NCBI GenBank assembly: GCA_964490785.1
Contig: CAZBDZ010000009.1
Location: 2,812 to 66,811 of the forward strand
Length of the DNA stretch: 64,000 nucleotides
Direction of reading: 5' to 3'
From: an uncultured Phycisphaeraceae bacterium
GTDB taxonomy: Bacteria; Planctomycetota; Phycisphaerae; Phycisphaerales; UBA1924
The first letter of the stretch is position 1; each line of letters starts with the position of its first letter. The position numbers and the translations under genes were made by a program. This document shows positions 28,415 through 38,801 of the stretch, piece after piece. The notes beneath the pieces are model-generated. The model had not been told where the DNA came from and ran no database searches. It worked only from the letters and a program-made list of their open reading frames with translations.

Positions 28415-28525
28415 GTGTCGCAGTTTGAATGTGGCACGCCCTTTCCAGGGCGTGGCGCGGGGGACATGGGCTGGGTCGCCTCGGCGACTCTCCGAAAAGC
28501 CCATGCCACATTCAAACTGCGACAC
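28415..28525. mobile_element. MITE-like palindromic element of 111 bp (GTGGCAYG family, full-length copy)
   Basis: 22-nt terminal inverted repeats gtgtcgcagtttgaatgtggca / tgccacattcaaactgcgacac. Two internal hairpins. An 11-nt direct repeat gaagccggggt lies 1 nt and 4 nt outside the two ends. Confidence 0.75.
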
Positions 28526-28722
28526 TACCGAAGCCGGGGTGGTCTCAAGGGGCGGCGTTCTCGGCCCGATTCTTGCTGGGTAGGGGTGTTTCACCAAGAT
28601 TCGGTCAAAGCGTTGCAGTCTTCCGAGCCGTTGAATACCATCTCTGGTCCCGTTCGGTTGGAGGCTGGCGGGGCGGAGAGAGACCCCGCGATCAGGCCGA
28701 GCAGGCCCAGGATGTGCGCCGC

Positions 28723-29709
28723 ATGTCGCGAGCGGAAATCGAAACTGATCTGCAGGTGTACCTGCGGCAGATCAACAACTTCCCGCTGCTTGCTCCTGAA
28801 GAGGAGAAGTCGCTGGGTTGGAACGTCATCAACGACAACTGCCCGGAGGCGCGGGAACGCCTCGTTCGCGCCAACCTCCGCCTCGTCGTCTCGATCGCCA
28901 AGCACTACACGAACCGCGGGCTGTCGCTCACGGACCTGATCGAGGAGGGGAACATCGGCCTCATCCGCGCCGTTGAGGGGTTCGACCCGGCGCAGGGAGC
29001 GCGGTTCTCGACCTACGCCTCGTGGTGGATCAAGCAGGCCATCAAGCGGGCCCTGATCAACGCCGTGCAGCCGATCCATGTCCCCGCGTACATGGTGGAA
29101 CTCATCGCCAAGTGGAAGCAGGCGACCACGAAGTTCGAGGAGCGCCACGGCCGATCGCCGACCCTCGAGGAACTCTCGAAACTGATGGGGCTCTCCGTCA
29201 AGAAGGTCAGCATCATCAAGAGCGCGGGCAAGGCGTTCCAGAGCGCCAGCCAGATGCAGGTCGGCGCCGACGGCGAGGCCATCTCCTTCAGCGAGGTCAT
29301 CATGGATCCGCGGGCCGTCAAACCCGATGAGAGGGTCCACCGCGACGAGGAACTCAGGCTGATCTACGAGATGCTCGAAGCCATCGACGAGCGCGAGGCC
29401 CAGGTCCTCCGCCTCCGTTTCGGCCTCGACGGCAAGGAGCCTCTGACCCTCAAGCAGATCGGGCATGAGATCGGCCTGACCCGCGAACGAGTCCGCCAGA
29501 TCGAGCAGGATGCGCTCAAGAAACTGAACCAGCGCCTGGCGGACGACCTGCCGCGAGGCGCTCTCAAGGGCCTGATGAACGGCCTGAACGGGGCCGAGGA
29601 ACCGGACGACGCCTCAGGCAAAAAGCGAGGCCGACCGCGCCGACCCTTCCCCGAAGCCAACGGCTCGCCCTCGGCGAACGGCGATGCGGGGCTGGCCCAA
29701 GCGGGGTGA
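28723..29709 (+). CDS. RNA polymerase sigma-70 family factor (RpoD-like, lacking region 1.1)
   Basis: Region 2 [18 protein letters not shown]...[10 protein letters not shown]. Region 4.2 [28 protein letters not shown]. Confidence 0.9.
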   Translation: MSRAEIETDLQVYLRQINNFPLLAPEEEKSLGWNVINDNCPEARERLVRANLRLVVSIAKHYTNRGLSLTDLIEEGNIGLIRAVEGFDPAQGARFSTYASWWIKQAIKRALINAVQPIHVPAYMVELIAKWKQATTKFEERHGRSPTLEELSKLMGLSVKKVSIIKSAGKAFQSASQMQVGADGEAISFSEVIMDPRAVKPDERVHRDEELRLIYEMLEAIDEREAQVLRLRFGLDGKEPLTLKQIGHEIGLTRERVRQIEQDALKKLNQRLADDLPRGALKGLMNGLNGAEEPDDASGKKRGRPRRPFPEANGSPSANGDAGLAQAG

Positions 29710-29925
29710 TCCGCTGGCAAGCCGAAGCGGTGGGCCTCTCACGACGCTCGGCGGAGGCATGATCTCGCGCCCAATGCGCCCCGGACCGCGTCCGCTGTCG
29801 GCTCTCAGCGCGGGCGGCGCTTGGTGCTCTTCTTCTTGCCCCTTCCCACTTGCGCTGCGGCCCGAGCCGCCGCGGCAGTCGCACGCCGAACCGCGCGGGT
29901 GATGCGGACGTGATCGCGGCCGAGG

Positions 29926-30540
29926 TCAATCGAGGGTGTCGTCTTCGGATTCGTCGGCATGTGCGTCTCGAAGGATGCGAGCCCAAGCGCTCTGAACGAG
30001 GATCATCTTAGGCGCAGCCTCCGCACGGTGTGCGATCAGGCGCGCAGGCCCGTGATCGGAGTTGTCATAGATCGCCCACGAATGGGCGAGAGGCAGATAA
30101 AGTCGGATCAGGTTCACCAGGCTTCGCGAGTATCGGCGGAGTACGACATCCTTCGGGACGTCGTGGCCTCCTGCTTGCACTCGGTTCCGAACGCGTCGAA
30201 GGGCGAGCGAAGCCGATCGCACCCAGACATACGCCACATGGAATCGGTAGCCGCGCGCTGTCAATCCGCGGATCCAGGGCGCGAACGACCGGCTGGCGAG
30301 CGTGGACTCGAACGAGAAAGACACCCCATCGTCCGCGAGGTCATGCAAGCGTTGCAGCATCAGTCGTCCAGCGGCGAACGAGGCGCGCTCCGGCGCGAAC
30401 CCGGACAAGCCTTGTGCGATGATGTCCGCGTTGACGAAGTGCTCAATGCCGAGCGTGTCGGCGAGGACCGCGCGGGAAATGGTCGTCTTGCCCGCTCCGT
30501 TCGGGCCGCCGATGACGACGATGGAGGGGCGGTCAGGCAT
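29926..30540 (-). CDS. Zeta-toxin-type P-loop kinase/ATPase (COG4185-like)
   Basis: Walker A GGPNGAGKTT. 204 aa with overall zeta/AAA_33-like organisation. The start overlaps the upstream ORF by 8 nt. Confidence 0.8.
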   Translation of the reverse strand: MPDRPSIVVIGGPNGAGKTTISRAVLADTLGIEHFVNADIIAQGLSGFAPERASFAAGRLMLQRLHDLADDGVSFSFESTLASRSFAPWIRGLTARGYRFHVAYVWVRSASLALRRVRNRVQAGGHDVPKDVVLRRYSRSLVNLIRLYLPLAHSWAIYDNSDHGPARLIAHRAEAAPKMILVQSAWARILRDAHADESEDDTLD

Positions 30541-30982
30541 ATCCGTTCACGACTCTGACGAGCCTCCGGTAGTTGAACATGCGTGATAGTCCATCCGGAG
30601 TGAAGTTTTTGCCGGACTTGTTGGCCTTCGGAACGGCTCCGAACTCGAGTTTGAACGCAATGAGCAAGTCTCGTTCAAGGCGCGGCCATGACTTGGTGCC
30701 GGGCTTGAGCGGGCATGTGACAAGACACACTTGAAGGCTCCGAACGCCCCACTCACCGAGAAAATCGATGGCTTTGTGCGCTATGCTCGACGCAACCCGG
30801 CGAACGCCCCGCTCGGTCGTTCCGATGTAGAGAATCCGCGACCGCTTGCGGCCGTACTTGAGCGCTCGCGGAGCGCAAATGAGGTAGACGAGCTTCTCGT
30901 GCTTGATCGCCCGGCGATCAATCGTCATGGCCGGCACTGACGAGGCGTTAATTGTGAGACGCTTGATGTGCTTCGTCGCCAT
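30533..30982 (-). CDS. GIY-YIG-like 150-aa protein (non-canonical spacing)
   Basis: LVYLI...ILYIGTTERGVRRV...LERDLLIAFKLEFGAVPKAN gives GIY / YIG / Arg / Glu-x-Asn in the expected order. About 52% GC in a hand count. ATG 30982 is 4 nt after the top6A stop. Confidence 0.55.
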   Translation of the reverse strand: MATKHIKRLTINASSVPAMTIDRRAIKHEKLVYLICAPRALKYGRKRSRILYIGTTERGVRRVASSIAHKAIDFLGEWGVRSLQVCLVTCPLKPGTKSWPRLERDLLIAFKLEFGAVPKANKSGKNFTPDGLSRMFNYRRLVRVVNGYA

Positions 30983-30986
30983 CAAC

Positions 30987-32123
30987 TCAGTCTAACCAGT
31001 CCTTCACCTTCAACCGCTCCGGCACGTACACCTCCGTCACATACGAGATGTCCTTGGTGATCAGCGACTCGACCTCCATCTTGAAGCCGTTCTTCAGCAT
31101 CGCATCGATCTCGCGCTGCCACTCTTTCTTGTCCGTGAACCACGGGTACGCGGCGATTTGCTTGGCGCGGTTGATGTCGGTGTCGGTGAGGGCGATCTGG
31201 ACGTCGTCGCTCAGGCCGCAGCGGTCGTAGTCGATCGCGCGGATGCCGAGGAACTTCGCGTCGGGGATGGCGAGGCGCTCGGACTCGAAGGCGAGGTTGA
31301 TTGACCCCTGCTTCATCACGCTGTAGATGTAATGTCCCCACGGGTCGCAGTCGAGGAGGCAGTAGACGGGCAGTCTCAGTTCTTCGTGCAGTCGGCGGAG
31401 GAGGCGGCGCACGCCGCGGGGGGGCTGCCCGCCGCCTTCGGTCAGGATGCAGTTGTGCTTCTGCCAGAACTTGTCCTCGTTGAAGCGGGACCAGACGGTG
31501 TTCTTCTCGACGTGGAGGATGAACTTCGCGTCGCACTTCTTGAACTGGATGACGTCCGGCTCGCAGATGCTCGGAATGGCGTACCCGCCGGAGCCCATGC
31601 GTCGGCAGTCGATCTCGTCGCCGGAGTCCACGATGGTGATGTTGCCGACCATCGTTCCCGCTTTCTTGGCGAAGAGATGCAGTTCCTCGCGGAGCGAGCC
31701 GAGCGTTACTTCGAGGTCTTCGAGGATCGTGTCCGACTCGTCCTGGTCGGCGAAGGTTTTCTCTCTCGTGCCGGGGATGGTGTGGAGGGCCTTGTAGTAC
31801 ATGCCGCGGAGGCTGAGCGTCTTGCCGGCGTCGATGAGGGACTTGACGCCCGAGCCGAGGAGCATGGTCTGCATGAACTTCTTGGCCTGCCCGACGTTGA
31901 AGAGGTTGCGTTTCTGGGCGGCGTCGCCCATCTCGAGCGTGCGTCGCTTCTTGTTGAAGGTGGTGTTGGCGAGCGTGCGGGCGGGGACGTCCACCCACGG
32001 GTCGCGGTAGCCGAGCGACGACTTGGCGACGCCGTCCGCGAGCCCGACGAGGTGCTTCATCGTGCGCTCGTCGCGGGCTGCCACCGAGCGGGAGGTGCGG
32101 GAATCTGCGGTTCTCTTGGCCAT
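30987..32123 (-). CDS. top6A: DNA topoisomerase VI subunit A (Spo11 family)
   Basis: LRGMYY (catalytic Tyr region), Toprim FILHVEKNTVW, GGGQPPRGVRRLL, LLDCDPWGHYIYSV, KMEVESL. Confidence 0.9.
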   Translation of the reverse strand: MAKRTADSRTSRSVAARDERTMKHLVGLADGVAKSSLGYRDPWVDVPARTLANTTFNKKRRTLEMGDAAQKRNLFNVGQAKKFMQTMLLGSGVKSLIDAGKTLSLRGMYYKALHTIPGTREKTFADQDESDTILEDLEVTLGSLREELHLFAKKAGTMVGNITIVDSGDEIDCRRMGSGGYAIPSICEPDVIQFKKCDAKFILHVEKNTVWSRFNEDKFWQKHNCILTEGGGQPPRGVRRLLRRLHEELRLPVYCLLDCDPWGHYIYSVMKQGSINLAFESERLAIPDAKFLGIRAIDYDRCGLSDDVQIALTDTDINRAKQIAAYPWFTDKKEWQREIDAMLKNGFKMEVESLITKDISYVTEVYVPERLKVKDWLD

Positions 32124-32276
32124 TTCAGTTCACTCTGCGCTTGGAAAACCGGAACGGTACACACTCGGCCCATGCGACTGATGGACCGGCCCGGCTTGAT
32201 GATCGGCGGAAACGCACGCCGGAGATGCAAAACCGGGCGGCAACGCCTCGCGCCGCACCCGTTTCCGTGCATCGGG

Positions 32277-33620
32277 CTACCGCCCACCCGCGAGCATCTG
32301 CCGCGGCAGCCCGGCCGGGATTCGCGGGCAGGTCAGGACAGGGGCGTAGACAATCGCGTACATCGCAAACGCAGCCGACCACGCGACGCCCGCTGCGGTC
32401 ATGGCGGGCAGGTACACCGCCGGGATCAACGAGCCCGCGACGCGGATCACCGCCGCCGCAGCCACGAGGAGGTACATGACGACCTCGGCCCGGCCCGCCT
32501 GCACGGGTCGGCCTGAATGGCCCAACGCCGTGCGCGTGATCATCCCGATAATCAGCCCGCCCATCGAACCCACCGCCAGCGCATGGATGGCGGCGGACCG
32601 CGGCACCACGCCCATCGCGGCCAGACCCAGCAGCACGAGCCCGATCGGGATCCACGCATACGCCAGGTGCAACACCCAAAGCATCGGCCGCGACCGCGCC
32701 GCCAGCGGGTTCCACCCCAGAGCCTGCACGCCCACCACAAGGCCCGCCGCGATCGCCACCGCTCCGATCCACAGGCTCGGCAGCCTGAACACATCCGAAG
32801 CGAACGCCGCCGCCGCCAGCAGGAAGGCGCCGCGATGAAGCCACGCGGCCCGATACTGCCGCACGCCCGGGATGGCGTTGGCCGTGAATCCGGGCACGAC
32901 GCGCCCGCCGACGATCATCTCGATCAGCACCACGAGCATCAGCCCGGCTTCGACGGCGGCCGCCGGCGCAATCCCCGCCCATCCGAGCATCGAGGCGTGA
33001 AACACGACGTTGGACGCGCCGAGCGTGAGCAGAACCACGACCAGCGGCATGCTGCACAGGCTTCGCGCACGGATGAACTTGCGCGCCAGCACCCCGGCGA
33101 CCACCAGCAACAGCGCCGAGTCGATCACCGCCGCCACGGGGCCGTAGAAGAAGAACATCCCAACCCGCCCCGCGACCCACAGCGCAAACACGACCGCAAG
33201 CGACGCCCCCGCCGGGAGGGGCAGCCCCGTCCAGTTGCGTGCGGCGGTGAACAGGAACCCCACGATGATCGCCGCGGCGAAACCGAACACCATCTCGTGC
33301 ATGTGCCAGATCAACGGGGGCAGCGACGGCGTGAAATGCCCCTGCGTCCACGCGACAAGCCACACGGGCACCGCGAGGGCCGTGAACACCGCGCCGCCCA
33401 AATAGAACGGGCGGAACGAATCCCGAAGAAACACGCCCCCCCCGCCGGCGTTCCCTGCCGCCGAGGCGGAACAGGTCGGCGCGCCGACAAACACGCCGCC
33501 GACCGGCTTGGCCGCGTGCAGCCCGGCGGATTTCTCCGAGCAGCAAGAGGATGAATGAGGACTGCCTGAACACTGATGCATGGATGTGCCCTGTCCGCTC
33601 ACTTCACGATCCTTCGCCAA
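32277..33620 (-). CDS. nnrS: NnrS-family membrane protein
   Basis: FRPFYLGGAVF...WHMHEMVFGFAAAIIVGFLFTAARNW and about 12 TM segments. Start is TTG 33620 or ATG about 33581. Confidence 0.85.
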   Translation of the reverse strand: MAKDREVSGQGTSMHQCSGSPHSSSCCSEKSAGLHAAKPVGGVFVGAPTCSASAAGNAGGGGVFLRDSFRPFYLGGAVFTALAVPVWLVAWTQGHFTPSLPPLIWHMHEMVFGFAAAIIVGFLFTAARNWTGLPLPAGASLAVVFALWVAGRVGMFFFYGPVAAVIDSALLLVVAGVLARKFIRARSLCSMPLVVVLLTLGASNVVFHASMLGWAGIAPAAAVEAGLMLVVLIEMIVGGRVVPGFTANAIPGVRQYRAAWLHRGAFLLAAAAFASDVFRLPSLWIGAVAIAAGLVVGVQALGWNPLAARSRPMLWVLHLAYAWIPIGLVLLGLAAMGVVPRSAAIHALAVGSMGGLIIGMITRTALGHSGRPVQAGRAEVVMYLLVAAAAVIRVAGSLIPAVYLPAMTAAGVAWSAAFAMYAIVYAPVLTCPRIPAGLPRQMLAGGR

Positions 33621-33640
33621 GGGTCCGCCGGTCCCGCTTC

Positions 33641-36388
33641 CTACCGCAGCACCGCCTGCGCCGCCGCCAGGCGGGCGATCGGCACGCGGAACGGGGAGCA
33701 GGAGACGTAGTCAAGCCCGGTGGTGTGGAAGAACCAGACGGATTTGGGGTCGCCGCCGTGCTCGCCGCAGATGCCGACCTTGAGTTTGGGGGTGGTGGCT
33801 TTTCCGTTCTGGGCGGCCATGGCGACGAGCCGACCGACGCCGTTCTGATCGATCGACTGGAAGGGATCCTGTTCGAGGATCTCTCGCTCGACATAGTGCG
33901 GCAGGAACGACGCGGAATCATCGCGCGAATAGCCGAAGGTCAGTTGCGTCAGGTCGTTGGTGCCGAAGGAGAAGAAGTCGGCCTCGCGGGCGATCTCGTG
34001 CGCGGTCATGGCGGCGCGGGGCACCTCGATCATGGTGCCGATGGGGATGTCGAGTTTGCCTTTGAAGCCCACCGCCTCCTTCACGCGGTCGATGACTTCC
34101 TGCGTCTGTTTGCGGAGGATCGCCAGTTCCTTCCGCGTGCCGACGAGGGGGTGCATGATCTCGGGCATGGCCTTGACGCCCATCTTGGCGCACTCGATGG
34201 CGGCCTCGACGATCGCGCGGACCTGCATGTCGAGGATCTCGGGGAATGTCACGCACAGCCGGCAGCCGCGGTGCCCGAGCATCGGGTTCATTTCGTGCAG
34301 TTGCGCGACGCGCTCCTGGATCTTCCCGATGGAGACGTTCAGCCGACGGGCCATCTCGTGCTGGCTGGTCTCGTCCTGCGGCAGGAACTCGTGCAGCGGC
34401 GGGTCGATCAGGCGGATCGTCACCGGCAGGCCGTCCATCGCGCGGAAGATGCCGATGAAATCGTCGCGCTGGAACGGCAGCAGTTTCTCCAGCGCCGCCT
34501 CGCGGTATTCGCGGGTTTCCGCGAGGATCATCTCGCGCATCGCCCAGATGCGCTCGGACTCGAAGAACATGTGCTCGGTCCGGCAGAGGCCGATGCCCAC
34601 GGCCCCGAAATCGCGGGCCCGCTGGGCGTCCAGCGGTGTGTCGGCGTTCGTCCGCACGGCGAGCCTCTTGTACTTGTCGGACCACTTCATGATCGTCCCG
34701 AAATCGCCCGAAAGTGCCGGCTCGCGCGTCGCCACGCTGCCGGCAATGACCTCGCCCGTCGAGCCGTCGATCGAGAAGAGGTCGTCGCGGCCGAACGTCC
34801 GGCCGCTGACGGTGAAGGCGCCCGAATGCTCGTTGATCGAGACCGCGCCCGCGCCGGCGACACAGCACTTGCCCCAGCCTCGCGCGACCACGGCGGCGTG
34901 GCTCGTCATCCCGCCCGTGCTCGTGAGGATCCCCGCCGCGGAATGCATCCCCTCGACATCCTCGGGGCTCGTCTCGCGCCGGACAAGAATGACGCTCTCG
35001 CCGTTCTTCGCGCGCTCGACCGCCTCGGCCGCGGTGAAGGCGGGTCGTCCGACGGCCGCGCCGGGCGACGCGGGGAGACCCCTGGTCAGCACGTCAGCGT
35101 TCTTCTTTGCATCAGGATCGAAGGAGGGTAGCAGCAGTTGCGTCAGGTCGCCCGCGGGGATCTTCAGGAGCGCCTTCTTCTCGTCGATCAGGCGCTCCTT
35201 GACCATATCCACCGCGATCTTCACGGCGGCGAACCCGGTGCGCTTGCCGGTACGGGTCTGGAGCATGAACAGCCGCCCACGCTCGATCGTGAACTCGATG
35301 TCCTGCATCTCGCGGTAGTGCTTCTCCAGTTTGCTCTTGATCTTCAGCAACTGCTGATAAACCTTGTTGTTCCACTTGGGCATCTCATCGACGTGCAGCG
35401 GCGTGCGGATGCCGGCGACGACGTCCTCGCCCTGCGCGTTGATGAGGAACTCGCCGTAGAACTTGTTCTCGCCCGTGGACGGGTTGCGCGTGAACGCGAC
35501 GCCCGTGCCCGAATCATCCCCCATGTTCCCGTAGACCATCGCCTGGACGTTGACGGCGGTGCCGTTCAGCCCAGTGATGTTCGCCAGCCGCCGGTACGCG
35601 ATCGCGCGGTCGGCGTTCCAGGACTTGAAGACGGCCTCGATCGCAAGTTCGAGTTGCTTCATCGGGTTCTGCGGGAACTCGCTGCCCACGCGCTCGCGGT
35701 AGACGCCCTTGTAGGCATGGCAGAGCTCGACAAGCCCCTCGGCGGGAACGTCGGTGTCGCTCTGCGCCCCGTACTTCCGCTTGATCTCGTCGAAGGCGTG
35801 CTCGAAGCGCTCGTGCTCGACGCCCATCACGACGTCGCCGAACATGTTGATGAGTCGGCGGTAGGCGTCGTAGGCGAAGCGCTTGTTGCCGGTCGCCGCG
35901 GCGAGGCCCTCGACCGCGTCGTCCGTCAGCCCCAGGTTCAGCACCGTGTCCATCATGCCCGGCATCGAAACCGCCGCGCCGGAGCGGACGGAGACAAGCA
36001 GCGGGTTCTTCGTCGAGCCGAACTTCTTGCCCAGTTCTCGCTCCAGGACCCTCACTTTCCTGAGGACGTCGTCCATCAGCCCGCGGGGAAGACGCTTGCC
36101 CGAGTCGTAGTAGGCGGCGCAGGTGTCAGTCGTGATCGTGAACCCCGGCGGGACGGGCAGGCCGATGGAGGTCATGTCGGCGAGGTTGGCCCCCTTGCCG
36201 CCAAGGAGGTGTTTCATACTGGCCTTGCCCTCGGTGCGCGTCTGGCCGAAGTAGTAGACCATCTTGTGGAACTTCTTGGGGGACCTCGTTGACGCGGGCT
36301 TAGCCGCCCCTTTCCGCGCGGACTTTGAGGCGGGGCGGGCGGGCTTGGTGACGGGCTTGCGACTCTTCCTGACCATGGTGGCGGGCAT
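33641..36388 (-). CDS. ppdK: Pyruvate, phosphate dikinase
   Basis: GGKGANLADM, GGMTSHAAVVARGWGK (phospho-His), GICGEHGGDP. The canonical start MVYYFG is at 36262. The ORF is open for a further 42 basic residues to ATG 36388. Confidence 0.95.
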   Translation of the reverse strand: MPATMVRKSRKPVTKPARPASKSARKGAAKPASTRSPKKFHKMVYYFGQTRTEGKASMKHLLGGKGANLADMTSIGLPVPPGFTITTDTCAAYYDSGKRLPRGLMDDVLRKVRVLERELGKKFGSTKNPLLVSVRSGAAVSMPGMMDTVLNLGLTDDAVEGLAAATGNKRFAYDAYRRLINMFGDVVMGVEHERFEHAFDEIKRKYGAQSDTDVPAEGLVELCHAYKGVYRERVGSEFPQNPMKQLELAIEAVFKSWNADRAIAYRRLANITGLNGTAVNVQAMVYGNMGDDSGTGVAFTRNPSTGENKFYGEFLINAQGEDVVAGIRTPLHVDEMPKWNNKVYQQLLKIKSKLEKHYREMQDIEFTIERGRLFMLQTRTGKRTGFAAVKIAVDMVKERLIDEKKALLKIPAGDLTQLLLPSFDPDAKKNADVLTRGLPASPGAAVGRPAFTAAEAVERAKNGESVILVRRETSPEDVEGMHSAAGILTSTGGMTSHAAVVARGWGKCCVAGAGAVSINEHSGAFTVSGRTFGRDDLFSIDGSTGEVIAGSVATREPALSGDFGTIMKWSDKYKRLAVRTNADTPLDAQRARDFGAVGIGLCRTEHMFFESERIWAMREMILAETREYREAALEKLLPFQRDDFIGIFRAMDGLPVTIRLIDPPLHEFLPQDETSQHEMARRLNVSIGKIQERVAQLHEMNPMLGHRGCRLCVTFPEILDMQVRAIVEAAIECAKMGVKAMPEIMHPLVGTRKELAILRKQTQEVIDRVKEAVGFKGKLDIPIGTMIEVPRAAMTAHEIAREADFFSFGTNDLTQLTFGYSRDDSASFLPHYVEREILEQDPFQSIDQNGVGRLVAMAAQNGKATTPKLKVGICGEHGGDPKSVWFFHTTGLDYVSCSPFRVPIARLAAAQAVLR

Positions 36389-36510
36389 GACCTTCCGTGC
36401 TCCTCGCCGCTTCCCGGAGGCGCGGCGCTAAAAATGCGAGTGAAACCGCTTACGCCCGGCCGCGATCCATCCGCGCGCCGAGGGGGGAAAGAGTGTATCC
36501 GAACCCCTCC

Positions 36511-36594
36511 GTGCCATGCCCTTTCCAGGGCATGCTCACCGTGCCATGCCCTTTCAAGGGCATGCTCCCCGTACCATGCCCTTCCCATGGCCGG
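36511..36594. repeat. Three tandem 30-nt REP-like hairpin units
   Basis: gtgccatgccctttccagggcatgctcacc / gtgccatgccctttcaagggcatgctcccc / gtaccatgcccttcccatggccgg. A further unit, gcatgggctggaaagcccatgccac, lies at 36681-36706. Confidence 0.8.
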
Positions 36595-36727
36595 TTGCCC
36601 CGGTCTCGCCGTCTTCGGCGAGGCCGGGCGTTGTGCCCAAGCCGCCCGCCGCGCTGGTCGGTGAACCAATCGGCTTCGCGGCATGGGCTGGAAAGCCCAT
36701 GCCACGCCGCATCTATCATCCGCCCTC

Positions 36728-38224
<1,497 letters not shown>

Positions 38225-38267
38225 AGAGAGGCATGAAGGCAGAAGGCACCAAGGCACGGAGAATCTG

Positions 38268-38777
38268 ATGACGAGCGCGCCGCGGAAGGCTGATGGAAAC
38301 CGGACCACGCCGGCGGGCGGCGCACGGATACGGTCGGACATCGTGGATGTGTATGTATTCCGGCGCGGCTTGGAGGGAGTTGAGTTCCTGCAGTTGCTGC
38401 GGGCGTCGGAGCCGCTTAAGGGGACGTGGCATCCGATCATGGGGCACATGGAGGCGGAGGAGTCGGCGGCGCGGACCGCCGTGAGAGAGACACGCGAGGA
38501 GGTCGGGTTGGATGTCGTCGCGACGGGGATGTGGGCGCTGGAGCAGGTGCACCCCTACTACGTCGCGGCGATTGATTGCATCGTTCTCTCGCCGAGGTTC
38601 GCGGTCGAAGCCCCGGCGGGGTGGCAGCCGAGGCTCAACGGCGAGCACTCCGCGGCGCGGTGGGTGCGCGGGGCGGAGGAGTTCATGTGGCCGGGGCAGC
38701 GCGCGGCGGTGAATGAGATTCTCGCCGAGATCGGGGACGCGGGGCAGGCGCGGGACGCGATGCGTGTGCGGATGTAG
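38268..38777 (+). CDS. NUDIX hydrolase (NudB/dihydroneopterin-triphosphate pyrophosphatase-like)
   Basis: Nudix box GHMEAEESAARTAVRETREEVGL. Directly downstream of pabB. Confidence 0.75.
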   Translation: MTSAPRKADGNRTTPAGGARIRSDIVDVYVFRRGLEGVEFLQLLRASEPLKGTWHPIMGHMEAEESAARTAVRETREEVGLDVVATGMWALEQVHPYYVAAIDCIVLSPRFAVEAPAGWQPRLNGEHSAARWVRGAEEFMWPGQRAAVNEILAEIGDAGQARDAMRVRM

Positions 38778-38801
38778 TTCTCGTAGCGCCCGGTGCGATG
38801 C

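Noticed and set aside
27514-28515. Full-length ORFs whose N-termini run through REP/MITE sequence (also 38802..40217, 57965..58990, 56798..57907 and 36683 as the pabB start)
   Set aside because: The extensions translate repeat DNA (recurring HGLESPCH-, WAFQPM- and STVHCPL-type peptides). Conserved family sequence begins at internal start codons, which were used instead.
29710-29925. Small Arg/Lys-rich minus-strand ORF downstream of the zeta-like gene (ending ...GKKKSTKRRPR*)
   Set aside because: It is very short, has no SD or start in a convincing context, and its composition is explained by GC-rich DNA.
32125-33573. 482-aa alternate-frame ORF over nnrS and 338-aa ORF 30982..31998 over top6A
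   Set aside because: These are same-strand alternate frames with Arg/Gly/Pro-rich composition. The annotated frames carry the NnrS and Top6A motifs.
36511-36594. Possible CRISPR array (three 30-nt direct repeats)
   Set aside because: The units are contiguous with no spacers and each is itself a hairpin of the genome-wide REP family. No cas genes are nearby.
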